Below, one piece after another: positions 10,782 through 23,700 of a DNA stretch of 51,355 nucleotides. Numbering within the stretch: position 1 is the first letter of the stretch; each line of letters begins with the position of its first letter. Both the position numbers and the translations under genes were made by a program. The notes beneath the pieces are model-generated. The model saw only the letters and a list, made by a program, of their open reading frames with translations. It had not been told where the DNA came from and did not search any database. Source of the DNA: Cyanophora paradoxa CCMP329 (lineage: Eukaryota > Plantae > Glaucophyta). The stretch is taken from positions 1 through 51,355 of the forward strand of contig QPMI01000538.1 in assembly GCA_004431415.1 (NCBI GenBank), given 5' to 3'.

Positions 10782-12230
10782 GCTTTTCGAATTACGGACT
10801 AGATTATCATCTCCCATCAGCGAGATCAAAGAATACGGGGACATATACTAGACTCGCGCCCAGTGATATCGATACGCCCCGGCCCCTTTAGTTTTACAGA
10901 CTGTGACCCCGTCGACGTCGTGTCGCGATCATGAGCCGCTGCACGGCCTCCAATTGCCCAAATTACAATTGCAAGCTGCCTCGTGCATTCGCCCCCCTGT
11001 GGCGAGCCGCCCTAGGCCTTTCGCCGCGCTTTGCGGCCTCCCTAGCTATATATAGGCCTCGGCCTGCCCCTTCTCCGGATCCCCTCCTTCCGTTTCCCCC
11101 ATTAATCACAGCAAGGTCGTTAATTCCTTGCTCCCCCTCTCTCCGCATATGATTGCGGGGGCGGGCGGCCGCGGGGGCGGGTGGGGGAGGGCGGGGCGGG
11201 GTAATGTATGGCGGGGCGGGCGGGGCGGGCGGGGGGGCGGGGGCCCGAGGCCGGCGGCCGGCGGCCGCGGCCCCCGACCTAATTGCGATCTAACTGAGTC
11301 GTCGACCTAATTGCAATTAGATCGCAATCAGGTCCTTGCAATTGGATCGCAATTAGGTCCTTATGCCCATTTTATTGTCGGAATTTAGTCGGGGGCGATC
11401 CAATATATTAAGTCTCAGTTAGGTCGTAATTAGATCAGTTGACGTTCGGACCCCTTTTTACTAGTGATCATGAGAAGGAGCCGTCGGGGCGGGGGAGCAG
11501 CGCCGAGACGGTTTCCGCGTCCTGCTTCGAATTCTATGTCAAATTTTGTCAAATTTGTCAAATGCGCCCAGCAGCAGGCGTAGAACAATTAGAACCTTTC
11601 CTTGGCCCGCAGACCCTGCGGCCAGCTTTCAGAGGAGTCCGCTCTTTCTCTCTTTTATTTTCTTTCCACGGACCGCTGCCTTTCTTTCACTTTCTTAGCA
11701 AACGTCTCATACCTTTTTTCGGGCCTGGCCCCTAGCCCGGTGCACCAGATTGTTTAGCACAGTCGGCTGCTAGCGGGGCTGCGCCCCCTCCCTTGAACAA
11801 CTACAGCTAGTTCTCTTGTATGGGCCCAGCCCCACTGCTTTCACGAAGGCTTTTTTGAGATTTTTGCCTTCGGCCCTGCAACTTAGACTAGAGATTAGAT
11901 AGGCCTAAGCCTGGATGTGGGGGGGGGGGGGGGGGGGGGGAGGGGGCGGGGGGAGGGGGGGCGGCGGGGCTAGGAAGAGGGTGCCCGCATAGGTAAGGAC
12001 GCGCCCGCTCAGGACCCCTCGGCGGCGACGGGAGCGGGAGGAGGTAAAAACAAATTTAAATCACAGGCATTCACGTTCAGCTACAGACTGCAAGCGCATG
12101 CGCAGCTGCACTGTCTCCTGCACAGTGCCTGCACTGCGGCAGCTACAAATTTCCTACAATTACTACTAGTATATATATAGGCTACTTGGCTTAGTAGGCT
12201 GCACATATCGTTGCAGGATTACTACGTATA

Positions 12231-12649
12231 CCGTACGTGTAACACTTAAGTAATTAATGCGGGCACTTTAGTATTTTTTTTGAGAGACTACGGAAGGGCA
12301 AACCCCCCGTATAGGTACTACGGTAGTAAAATTAAAAATCGACAAAGCAATCACAAATCAAAGATAGTCGTAGGCAATCGCGATCGCAAGACGTATATAC
12401 GCATAAGAACTAGGGATCACGACGAGGGACAATGCGGTCCCAAATTAATGCGTTTTTCGCTGTCAAAACGCATTAATTTGGGACCGCATTAATATCGAAA
12501 CGCTAAGAAAGTGCTGTATGTACCCCCTTACAGCAGCCAAAAGGCTTAAGCTTCAAAACGCATTAATTCGGTGCCACATTATTATCAATACCAGGGGTCC
12601 GGGTCCAAAAACGCATTTATTACTGGCGCATTAATTAAGTGTTACACGG
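12231..12649. mobile_element. MITE, Tc1/mariner-pogo-like
   Basis: TA-CCGT...ACGG-TA ends; imperfect TIR CCGT(AC)GTGTAACACTTAA / TTAAGTGTTACACGG; repeated AATTAATGCG/CGCATTAATT; AT-rich island. Confidence 0.7.
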
Positions 12650-12861
12650 TAGTATACTAGTAGCCTAGTAGCTAGTATTGGTAGTATGGTACTAGCGCAG
12701 AAAACAAAATCCGACCGTCGGACCGATGATATCGATCGTGTCTTTTGGCACTTCCGGGATCACGGCGGGATCGGATATCGAATCATATTAACGATACCGT
12801 AATACACAATATATTATGTCATGCAAATTTATGTCGTTTTAAAACCCGAGCCTTCAGACTC

Positions 12862-15800
12862 TTTCTACATGCATCATTGAAGTTGTCCTTCTAACCCAGG
12901 GCATGCGCAGAGCCGGCTCTGCCTTCGCGTACGCGTGCGCCCTCGGGCGCGTCGCCGTGACGCGACGACGGTAATGGTGGCCACTCCGCCCCGGACGCCC
13001 CGTGCGCCACGCCGCGCTCGCGCCATCCCTTCCCCCGCGCCGGGCCCCGCGGCGCTCCTCTGAGGCGGCGGGACAGGCCGCGGGCGGCTGTGGTGAGCGG
13101 GCGGCTGTGGTGAGCAGGCAGGCCCTCGCGGCCTCCGCCCAGCAGCTCATCGCCGCCTCCGCCTCGGGCGTCGGCGTGTGCGCGCCGGCCCCGCCCCGGC
13201 CTCCCGCCCCCGGCGCTTGCTGAGAAACAAGCCGCAGGCCGGCGGGGCGCGGGGCGCTGCGGCTCATGGAGGTGGCGGCGCTCGTCCTCGCCGCCGCCCT
13301 CAAGGCCGGCAACGAGCGCCTGTGCGCCGGCCGCCCCGCCCCCGCCCCGCCCCGCCCCCGCCGCCTCGCCCTGAGGGCGCGGGGTGCCCAGCAGCCTGAC
13401 GATGGCGGCGGACAAGTACGCGAGGCTCTTCGCGCACGCCGACGCCCCCGCGGCCCTCGCCCTGCAGCTCCTCCACCGCCACCGCGTCGACTCCCCGCTC
13501 CTCGCCGCCCCCACCGCCCACCCCGCCCGCTTCTCCCTCGTCGCCCTCCTCGGCCTGCCCGCCCCGCCCGCTCGTCCCTCGCGGGGCCTGACGGGGCGGG
13601 GCGGGGACAGATCCCGGGGCGGCCTCCTTCACGTCCCTCTTCCGGGCGCACGCGGCCGGCGCCTGAGACCGCGCCATCGCCATGCAGGCGCCCGGACCCC
13701 TCCCGCCCCGCCCCCGCCCCGCCCCGCCCCGCGCCCTCTGACGGAGCCGCAGGGCGCGCCCCGCCGCCCCTCCCTGCCCTCGTACACATCCCCGAACTCC
13801 TCTCTTCCCTCGTCTCCAGTGCGCCGTACCCCTCCCGAACCCGGCGCGGCGCCTCGTACCCCGCCCCGACGCCGGCGCCGCTCCGGCAGACGCGCCGCTG
13901 GTGGCCGGCTCGGCGACCTCTTCCACGAGCTCCCCAGCCGCGCCAGCGAGCTCCCCAGCCACGCCAGCAGGCCCGTACCCCCCCCCCAACTGGACTCGGC
14001 GTACCCCCTCAACCCCGGGCGCGCAGGGCGATGTACAGGGCGCTGCTGGAGGTGCTGGGGGGCCCGGTACCCCCAGGACGTCGGTCAGGCCTGCCTGGCC
14101 GCCGCCGTCGTCCTCCCGAGCCCCCATGGGCGCCCCCGCCGGCGCGCCGCTGGCGCGCTGCAGCGCCGCCGGCTGGCGCCGCCGGCTGGCGCCGCCGGGC
14201 TGCACGGGCGCCGCCACGGGCCCGAGGGCGCATCCCAGCGAACACGCTGCTCAACTGTCCGTGCGAGCTTTCTTCGCCCCGCCCCCCCCCCCCCCCCCCC
14301 TAGCTTGCTTCGTCCGCCGTTTTTTGGAGCGGATCCAACGCTGCCGTTTTTTCGCCCCCCCCCCCCCCCCCCCCTCTGCCGTTTTTTGGAGCGGAACCAA
14401 CGCTGACGCTGGCCGTGCAGCACGCATCCGCCGGCAAAGAGCTCTACTGTGCGTCGCCCCGGCCCTCCACTGAATGAAATGACTGACTGAATTCGACTGG
14501 CGGTGCAGTGGGTTAGACGTTGCTCTAGCTGCAGCAACGGCGGCCGGGGAGGCTGATCGCGGTGCCGTCCCTGCCCCGCCCACCCGAGCATGCGCAGCGG
14601 CTTCTGACGGTGCCGCGCCTCTTGGGCCAGGAAGCTGGCGGAAGCCCGGAGCCAGTGACCATCGCTGTTCCAGCCTGGCTAGCGGATCACACGTACGCCC
14701 GTACCCCTTCCGCGGCATCAATATATAACCCCTCCCCGCTCATTCTCTCCGCACTACAGGCAGGAAGCAGCGAAGCAGAGAGCAGCGCGCGCCCGAGTTC
14801 TTCAGCAGCGACGTCGACCGGCCGAGAGGAAGTCAATTTGATCCGTCATATAGGGGCAGGAAAGCATGTAGAAAGCGTTTCAGGAAGCATTTTTAGATCA
14901 GTGTAGATGCGCTATAATGTCTGAGCAGCGTTTGGTAGTCGGCAACCCGAGAAATTCGGTCTGCCAGCTGCCATACAAACCCAACCACAGGTGGTTGGGA
15001 ATGTATGGCAGTTGGCAAGCGAGGGGTACGGGGAAATCCGTGCAAATCGGGCGAGAATTGTGTTAATTTACGACAAAATTAAAACATAAAATAGACCGAA
15101 TTACCTAATTTTGGGGGGGAGAAACACGAAAATTGCGCTATTTTATCGAAATTTCGGCTCCCACCCCCCGATCAAAATCCCCACCGTGTGGCACCAAATT
15201 AAAATATTGAGCACGAAATTGGCCACTTCCTAGCGCGAGCTCTAGGTCGCCGGGCCGGCGCTCCTCGCCCAGGGCGCGTACAGACTCCGCGCATGTTCCA
15301 ACGCCTTCATAGACATATATATAAGATAGAGCACCCCTGTGAAACTTCAGAATCCGGGTTCTCAATAGTAGGCGGGCCTTAGCGCGAAATTGCCTAGGGG
15401 CGGCATCGAACCCGGGTTGTTCCATTCCAACAGAATTCTTGAAGTTCGGGTACCTTAGCGGGACTTAACAATAGGTAGCTAGCGACTCCGTGACGGGCCG
15501 GAGGTTCCTAGCGATCTTAGCTGGGTTTATGAGAAGGCTCTATTTCTACATGCATCATTGAAGTTGTCCTTCTAACCCAGGGCATGCGCAGAGCCGGCTC
15601 TGCCTTCGCGTACGCGTGCGCCCTCGGGCGCGTCGCCGTGACGCGACGACGGTAATGGTGGCCACTCCGCCCGGACGCCCCGTGCGCCACGCCGCGCTCG
15701 CGCCATCCCTTCCCCCGCGCCGGGCCCCGCGGCGCTCCTCTGAGGCGGCGGGACAGGCCGCGGGCGGCTGTGGTGAGCGGGCGGCTGTGGTGAGCAGGCA

Positions 15801-18800
15801 GGCCCTCGCGGCCTCCGCCCAGCAGCTCATCGCCGCCTCCGCCTCGGGCGTCGGCGTGTGCGCGCCGGCCCCCGCCCGGCCTCCCGCCCCCGGCGCTTGC
15901 TGAGAAACAAGCCGCAGGCCGGCGGGGCGCGGGGCGCTGCGGCTCATGGAGGTGGCGGCGCTCGTCCTCGCCGCCGCCCTCAAGGCCGGCAACGAGCGCC
16001 TGTGCGCCGGCCGCCCCGCCCCGCCCCGCCCCCGCCCCCGCCGCCTCGCCCTGAGGGGCGCGGGGTGCCCAGCAGCCTGACGATGGCGGCGGACAAGTAC
16101 GCGAGGCTCTTCGCGCACGCCGACGCCCCCGCGGCCCTCGCCCTGCAGCTCCTCCACCGCCACCGCGTCGACTCCCCGCTCCTCGCCGCCCCACCGCCCA
16201 CCCGCCCGCTTCTCCCTCGTCGCCCTCCTCGGCCTGCCCCGCCCCGCCCGCTCGTCCCTCGCGGGGCCTGACGGGGCGGGGCGGGGACAGATCCCGGGGC
16301 GGCCTCCTTCACGTCCCTCTTCCGGGCGCACGCGGCCGGCGCCTGAGACCGCGCCATCGCCATGCAGGCGCCCGGACCCCTCCCGCCCCGCCCCCCGCCC
16401 CGCCCCGCCCCGCGCCCTCTGACGGAGCCGCAGGGCGCGCCCCCGCCGCCCCTCCCTGCCCTCGTACACATCCCCGAACTCCTCTCTTCCCTCGTCTCCA
16501 GTGCGCCGTACCCCTCCCGAACCCGGCGCGGCGCCTCGTACCCCGCCCCGACGCCGGCGCCGCTCCGGCAGACGCGCCGCTGGTGGCCGGCTCGGCGACC
16601 TCTTCCACGAGCTCCCCAGCCGCGCCAGCGAGCTCCCCAGCCACGCCAGCAGGCCCGTACCCCCCCCCCAACTGGACTCGGCGTACCCCCCTCAACCCCG
16701 GGCGCGCAGGGCGATGTACAGGGCGCTGCTGGAGGTGCTGGGGGCCCGGTACCCCCCAGGACGTCGGTCAGGCCTGCCTGGCCGCCGCCGTCGTCCTCCC
16801 GAGCCCCCATGGGCGCCCCGCCGGCGCGCCGCTGGCGCGCTGCAGCGCCGCCGGCTGGCGCCGCCGGCTGGCGCCGCCGGGCTGCACGGGCGCCGCCACG
16901 GGCCCGAGGGCGCATCCCAGCGAACACGCTGCTCAACTGTCCGTGCGAGCTTTCTTCGCCCGCCCCTCCCCCCTCCCCCCCTAGCTTGCTTCGTCCGCCG
17001 TTTTTTGGAGCGGATCCAACGCTGCCGTTTTTTCGCCCCCCCCCCCCCCCCCCCTCTGCCGTTTTTTGGAGCGGAACCAACGCTGACGCTGGCCGTGCAG
17101 CACGCATCCGCCGGCAAAGAGCTCTACTGTGCGTCGCCCCGGCCCTCCACTGAATGAAATGACTGACTGAATTCGACTGGCGGTGCAGTGGGTTAGACGT
17201 TGCTCTAGCTGCAGCAACGGCGGCCGGGGAGGCTGATCGCGGTGCCGTCCCTGCCCCGCCCACCCGAGCATGCGCAGCGGCTTCTGACGGTGCCGCGCCT
17301 CTTGGGCCAGGAAGCTGGCGGAAGCCCGGAGCCAGTGACCATCGCTGTTCCAGCCTGGCTAGCGGATCACACGTACGCCCGTACCCCTTCCGCGGCATCA
17401 ATATATAACCCCTCCCCGCTCATTCTCTCCGCACTACAGGCAGGAAGCAGCGAAGCAGAGAGCAGCGCGCGCCCGAGTTCTTCAGCAGCGACGTCGACCG
17501 GCCGAGAGGAAGTCAATTTGATCCGTCATATAGGGGCAGGAAAGCATGTAGAAAGCGTTTCAGGAAGCATTTTTAGATCAGTGTAGATGCGCTATAATGT
17601 CTGAGCAGCGTTTGGTAGTCGGCAACCCGAGAAATTCGGTCTGCCAGCTGCCATACAAACCCAACCACAGGTGGTTGGGAATGTATGGCAGTTGGCAAGC
17701 GAGGGGTACGGGGAAATCCGTGCAAATCGGGCGAGAATTGTGTTAATTTACGACAAAATTAAAACATAAAATAGACCGAATTACCTAATTTTGGGGGGGA
17801 GAAACACGAAAATTGCGCTATTTTATCGAAATTTCGGCTCCCACCCCCCGATCAAAATCCCCACCGTGTGGCACCAAATTAAAATATTGAGCACGAAATT
17901 GGCCACTTCCTAGCGCGAGCTCTAGGTCGCCGGGCCGGCGCTCCTCGCCCAGGGCGCGTACAGACTCCGCGCATGTTCCAACGCCTTCATAGACATATAT
18001 ATAAGATAGAGCACCCCTGTGAAACTTCAGAATCCGGGTTCTCAATAGTAGGCGGGCCTTAGCGCGAAATTGCCTAGGGGCGGCATCGAACCCGGGTTGT
18101 TCCATTCCAACAGAATTCTTGAAGTTCGGGTACCTTAGCGGGACTTAACAATAGGTAGCTAGCGACTCCGTGACGGGCCGGAGGTTCCTAGCGATCTTAG
18201 CTGGGTTTATGAGAAGGCTCTATTTCTACATGCATCATTGAAGTTGTCCTTCTAACCCAGGGCATGCGCAGAGCCGGCTCTGCCTTCGCGTACGCGTGCG
18301 CCCTCGGGCGCGTCGCCGTGACGCGACGACGGTAATGGTGGCCACTCCGCCCCGGACGCCCCGTGCGCCACGCCGCGCTCGCGCCATCCCTTCCCCCGCG
18401 CCGGGCCCCGCGGCGCTCCTCTGAGGCGGCGGGACAGGCCGCGGGCGGCTGTGGTGAGCGGGCGGCTGTGGTGAGCAGGCAGGCCCTCGCGGCCTCCGCC
18501 CAGCAGCTCATCGCCGCCTCCGCCTCGGGCGTCGGCGTGTGCGCGCCGGCCCCCGCCCCGGCCTCCCGCCCCCGGCGCTTGCTGAGAAACAAGCCGCAGG
18601 CCGGCGGGGCGCGGGGCGCTGCGGCTCATGGAGGTGGCGGCGCTCGTCCTCGCCGCCGCCCTCAAGGCCGGCAACGAGCGCCTGTGCGCCGGCCGCCCCG
18701 CCCCCGCCCCGCCCCGCCCCGCCGCCTCGCCCTGAGGGGCGCGGGGTGCCCAGCAGCCTGACGATGGCGGCGGACAAGTACGCGAGGCTCTTCGCGCACG

Positions 18801-18940
18801 CCGACGCCCCCGCGGCCCTCGCCCTGCAGCTCCTCCACCGCCACCGCGTCGACTCCCCGCTCCTCGCCGCCCCACCGCCCACCCGCCCGCTTCTCCCTCG
18901 TCGCCCTCCTCGGCCTGCCCCGCCCCGCCCGCTCGTCCCT
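12862..18940. repeat. ~2.68-kb tandem array, 2.3 copies (units start at 12862, 15543, 18223)
   Basis: TTTCTACATGCATCATTGAAG recurs at ~2680-bp spacing. The ORF track gives identical translations at 14562/17242 and 15138/17818. Confidence 0.95.
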
Positions 18941-19464
18941 TGTGGAGGGTGCGGCGGCACTTGTCGAGGTTCTCCGCGTCCGCCGCGTCCACCACGAAGA
19001 TGCAGCAGAAGAGCTGGGGGGGTCAGGGGGGGGTAGAGGGCCGGCTGGGAGCGAGGGGGCGCGGGGGGGGGGGGGGGCGGCGGCCCGCGGCCGGGCCGTC
19101 GGGAAGAAAAGAGCTGGCGCGGGCTAGGGATTGGGTGGGGGCGAGGGGGAGCGGTGGCCCTCGGCCAGGTCGTCGGGGGGAGGGGGGGTACGCGGCGCAC
19201 GTCGATGAGATACCTGCGGGCGGGGGTAAGCGGGGCGGGGCGGGGCGGGACAGGGCGGGAGAGGCGGCGGGGGGCCGCTATGCTCGGCTGGGCGGGGCGG
19301 GTCGGCGGCGGCGGCGGCGGCGGCGGCGCGCCGCTAGGAGGCCGCGCTGCTCTGCTCTGCTCTGCTCTGCTTGGCGGGGCGCGGGGCGCTGCTCACTTGG
19401 ACCAGACCTCTGGGTCGATACGGTACGAGTGGCCCAGCTCGAACTTGCCCGTCGTGAAGCTCAC
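18939..19464 (-). pseudogene. Divergent Arf/Arl-like small GTPase fragment (3 exons)
   Basis: Phase-consistent GT-AG splicing of 19464-19397, 19213-19201 and 19013-18939 gives VSFTTGKFELGHSYRIDPEVWSKYLIDLFCCIFVVDAADAENLDKCRRTLHK. The fragment ends at the tandem-array junction. Confidence 0.5.
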
Positions 19465-20718
19465 CTGCCGCCGCGCCGGGCCGGGCCACAGTCAGCGACG
19501 TTTTAGGTGGCGCCTAAGCGGCGGCGTCCTTCGTCTATCCGCTGCGCTCGCGCCCGCGCGGCGCTGAGCTCTCCCTCCGGCGCCCCAGCGGCCTGCCCCG
19601 CCGACTCCGGCCGTCCTCTAGCCGCGAGCGGGGCGCGCGCTGACCTTCTCGCCCCCGCACTCGACGAGCTCCGGGCGCGCTGCGGCGTGACGCGACGCGC
19701 CTCAGCGCGCCGGGCACGCGGGTGGGCGGGCGCTGCGATGGGGCGGCGGCGGCGGCGCGCCTTTGAGGATCTCGCCAACGGCTCGCCGCAGCGGGTCCAT
19801 CAGCGTCTTCTTACCCGCGCCGATGTGCCCCGTGAGGCCGATCTGCGCGCGGAGGTTCGCCGCGGCCGATGCGGGTCCGAGCTACCGCGAACGTGCAAGC
19901 TTCAGGGCGCACCGGCATCATGGCGCCGCTTGGGCCCTTGGGCTTCGACGACGGTGCAGCGGGAGCCGCCATCGTTCGAGCGCGGTCCGGAGGGCTGCCT
20001 GCGTGTCGATCTTCGCCTAGTCTACGTCAGAGACGATTGCGCTACTCGTGCTGAGCCCGGCTGGGCGCTACGAGGCGCGCGCCGAAACCCAGACCAGGCT
20101 CGGGCGCAAGCTCGGACGACGCACGCCTGCCACTCTCCGAGTCGTCCGCAACACGCCTCGCTGGCCTACCTCGCCGGGCGCGCTGAGCCCGATTCGGCCG
20201 TGACGAAGCACAGCGTACCCCGTACACAAGCCAAACTTCGGTCCCAGCCGAGCGCGGCCATTACAGAAGCGCCGATAGGTGCGTGCGAGAGTTCTATGCG
20301 CTTCTTGCGCACAAGCCGCTCACTGCCGGTTGTTGCAGCCGCAATTCTCTCCGCAGCCCGACGCCGCAACGGTCGCCGCAACGATCGCTGACTGCTTCTA
20401 AGGCTTGTCTTGTATTCCCTCCATTGCGAGCGATCCGCCGCCGCCGCCGCGAACGAGCTCTTGCAATTGTTTCGCGAGGCGCGCGCCGGCGCGCGGAAAA
20501 TGCGTCATCATCGCCGACGGCGAGGTAAAGCAGCTCAAGCCGAAGGAGGCGCCCAATCAGCACACGTAGCGTCGTTGCGCGGCTTGTGGTCGTACGGCAT
20601 ACCGAGCTCGCTGGTACGTGAAGTTAAAGCCGCGCGCCTGCAGCTGCGGCGCTAGTCGTGCAGCTCGCGCAGCTTTAGCAAGCCCGTCCGCGACTGATCG
20701 CACCTTGCGCATGTGCAG

Positions 20719-23700
20719 GGCGTCTGGCTCCTGAGGAACCGCCTCAAGTGCAAGCTCTCCGCGGCCAATACCGGTCGCGGTCTGCGGCGCGGAACCCGCC
20801 GAAGCGCGACCGCGGCCGCGGCCACGGCCGGCGCCGGCCCTGCAGCATCCCCTTTCCCGTGTCGGTCGCAGCTCCGGCCGCGGCGCCGGCCACGGCGCCC
20901 GTCGCGGCAGCCAACGCTGTGTCCGTCAAGACTCCGCCCCATATCGGGATCGGCTCCTTTTCGTGCACGTGCACGCCCGCTAGCGTGTGCAGCGCGTGCA
21001 CGGATCTCGTCTCTACCTTGCACGAGTACCTCGGCCGCCTGCCCTCCAAGCTGCGCGACTACGCTGCAGACATGCAGGTTCGGCGCCCTCGCCCTCTCGC
21101 ATCTTCCCGCTCCTCACTGCCCGGCGCAGGAGTACCTAAACACGCTCGAGCAGACCGTCGGGCCGAAGCACGCCCTGACCGCCGCCTGCTCGCTCCGCCT
21201 CGCCCTCGCCCGCGTCGATCTCCGGGAAATGGACGAGGCTGCCAGGCTCTACGAGGTACTTGTACGTGCCCTGGCCTGGATCGCTCGATCTTACGATCGC
21301 GGCGCCCCGCAGCGGGCGCGGGCGCTCTACGCCGAGGACGGGAGGCTGCGGGCGGCGAGCAGCCCCGGCGCCCTCGCCGAGCACGGCGAAGTCCTGGGCG
21401 GCGTCCACCACGCCAGGGGCGACCTTCCCTCCGCCAAGAGGGCCTACCTCGTTCGCCCCTTTGAAATCGGCTAGCCCAAGTTGGCATGGCCTCTTCTCTC
21501 TCACACACACACGTGCAGTGGGCCCTTTCGTGCCGCGAGGAGCGCCTGCGGCCGCCGCTCGTGCCGACGCCCGAGAGCTTGATCTACATGGCCAAGACGG
21601 AGTACCACCTCGGCGTCTGCGTTTTCCTCATGGGCGACAACGACGCCTCGGAGTCTTACTTCAAGATACTCCATAAATATTGATCATGACAAGCTTCCGC
21701 TGACTGCCCCCGCAGTCCGGCTACGCGCACGAGCGGGAGGCGGGGGGCGGGGCGGGGATCGCGCGGCGCTGCTGCGACCTGCCGGTCCACGCCTACCTCA
21801 CCCTACTCGGGAGGGGGCACTCCGCCGCCGGCCGCCTGGACCGCCTCCACGACGTCATGCGGGTCCGTTATCGTACGACGCGGCCCGGCCCTGCCCTGGA
21901 GCTTAGCTTAAGCCCAGCCTAGATTAGAATCTTAGCTTAAGCTAAGCTTAGCTAAAGATAAAGCCTCGGCCGGTGCGGGCGTACGACGCGGCCGGGCCGG
22001 GGCGGCGCCCGTGCTTAAGCTAAGCTTAAGCTTGCGCCGCCTCGGCCGACCCGGCCGGCCTGGCTTCGGCTGGGGCGGCGCCCGCGCTTCAGCCTTAGCT
22101 TCAGCCGCCTCGGCCGACCCGGCCGGCCTGGCTAAGCTTAAGCTCGAGTCGCCTCGCAGATGGCTGCGGCGATCGCGGAGCGCGGGCTGTGCCGCGCCTG
22201 CGTCGCGCGCGGCGACCTCGCCGGAGTCGCCAAGGCGTTCTCAAGCATCTGCTGCAAGCGCGGCGACTTCGCCAGCGCAGAGGCGTTCTTAGAGGTGGGC
22301 GGGCGATCCCGGCCCTCGCCTTGTGCTTGATAAGGACACCGAACGCGTGCCAGGCACGCGTGCCGGGGTTGCCCGGCAGGGCAGAGTCCTCCTCCTTAGA
22401 CTATCTGCCCGCCGTCCTAGGCATAGCTATATAGCCTTCTGCCTGCGCGGCCTTAGACGTCGACGTCGCTGACGCCCTCTGCTCTACAGCGCCTCGTGGC
22501 GGAGACCGAACGGCTCCTGGGCGCCGAGCACCGCCGCCTCGGCTCGGCCCTCGTGCTCCTCGCCCGCTGCAAGCTGGACGCCGGCGAGCCGCCGGAGACC
22601 ATCTACCCCCTCGCCCGCGTGCGCCCGGACCCGTCCCGTCCGGCCGACGCGCGCTGTACCCCTGCCGCTCGCTCACCTGAGCCGTACCGCAGCGCGGGTG
22701 GGGGGTTCTCAGGGCGACCCTGGGCGCAACCAGCCCTAGCCCCGAGGTCGAGGGGGCGATCATCCTGCTAGGGGAGCTGCTGAGCAGGGCGCCGCACTTG
22801 GACGCCGACAAGAGCGTCGATATCGTCCAGGTGCGTCCCGTTTTCGAATCCGCCCGGCCCGAACTGATGCATTAGTCTTAAGGCGTACGTGCCCGCAGCG
22901 CGTTCTGGACTGGGCATCGGCGAACGACCGCATGCCGGCGGTGAACATTGTGCTTCGGATACCACGGCACATCGCGGTCTCTCACTCAGGCCCGCCTTGC
23001 ACCTCCCCGGCTGTGCATTTACCACGTAAAACCGGCAGGAGCGGGCACTCCCCAAGGAAACCCTCAGGGCGCGAATGGACAGCAGACTGGAGACGCGCAG
23101 GCGGGAGAAGGAAGAGCGGCAGCGGGCGGAGGAGGAGCGCGAGCGGGCGCGGCGGGAGGCCGAGCGCGCCGAGCGCGCCGCCCGCGACGCCGCCGACCGC
23201 GTGCGCCGTCTGAGCCGTCTGAGCCGTCTGAGCCGTCTGAGCTCGCCTTCGAATTCTGAGCTGCGCGGGGGCAGGAGGCGGCAAAGAGGCGTATGGGGGG
23301 CTCGCAGTGGGCCCCCGCTAAGAAGCTCCTTACGCGCCTTGACGCGCTTCTCAAGGTTAGTAAGCCTCTTTCCCCCCTCCCCGCCTCCTCCCCTCCTCCC
23401 CTACCCCCTCCCCCCCTCCCTTCGAATTCCGTCACACACACACACACACACACGCCCTCCCCGCCTCGAAATTAGAAAGCGCACCCCCTCCCCGGCCCTT
23501 ACCCCAGCCGTCCACCCCTCCCCCCCCTCTCTCCCCCCTGCCTCCAAGAGTGCTGCCCCCCCCCCCCTCCTCCCCCCCCCTCCCCCCCAATGCCTCTAAG
23601 AGGGGCGCGCAGCGATCGCCGGGCGACTTCGAGGGTCGCCTGCTCCGCATCCGTGCGCGAGCGAGCGAGCCGAGCCGAGCCGGTCCTCGGCTCTGATTTG

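Noticed and set aside
12862-18940. Helitron tandem array
   Set aside because: No convincing 5' TC / 3' hairpin-CTRR ends at the unit junctions, and no RepHel.
21895-22145. AGCTTAAGCT-rich patch (and GATCGCAATT repeats at 11280-11440)
   Set aside because: Low-complexity palindromic intronic or intergenic sequence with no defined unit or ends.
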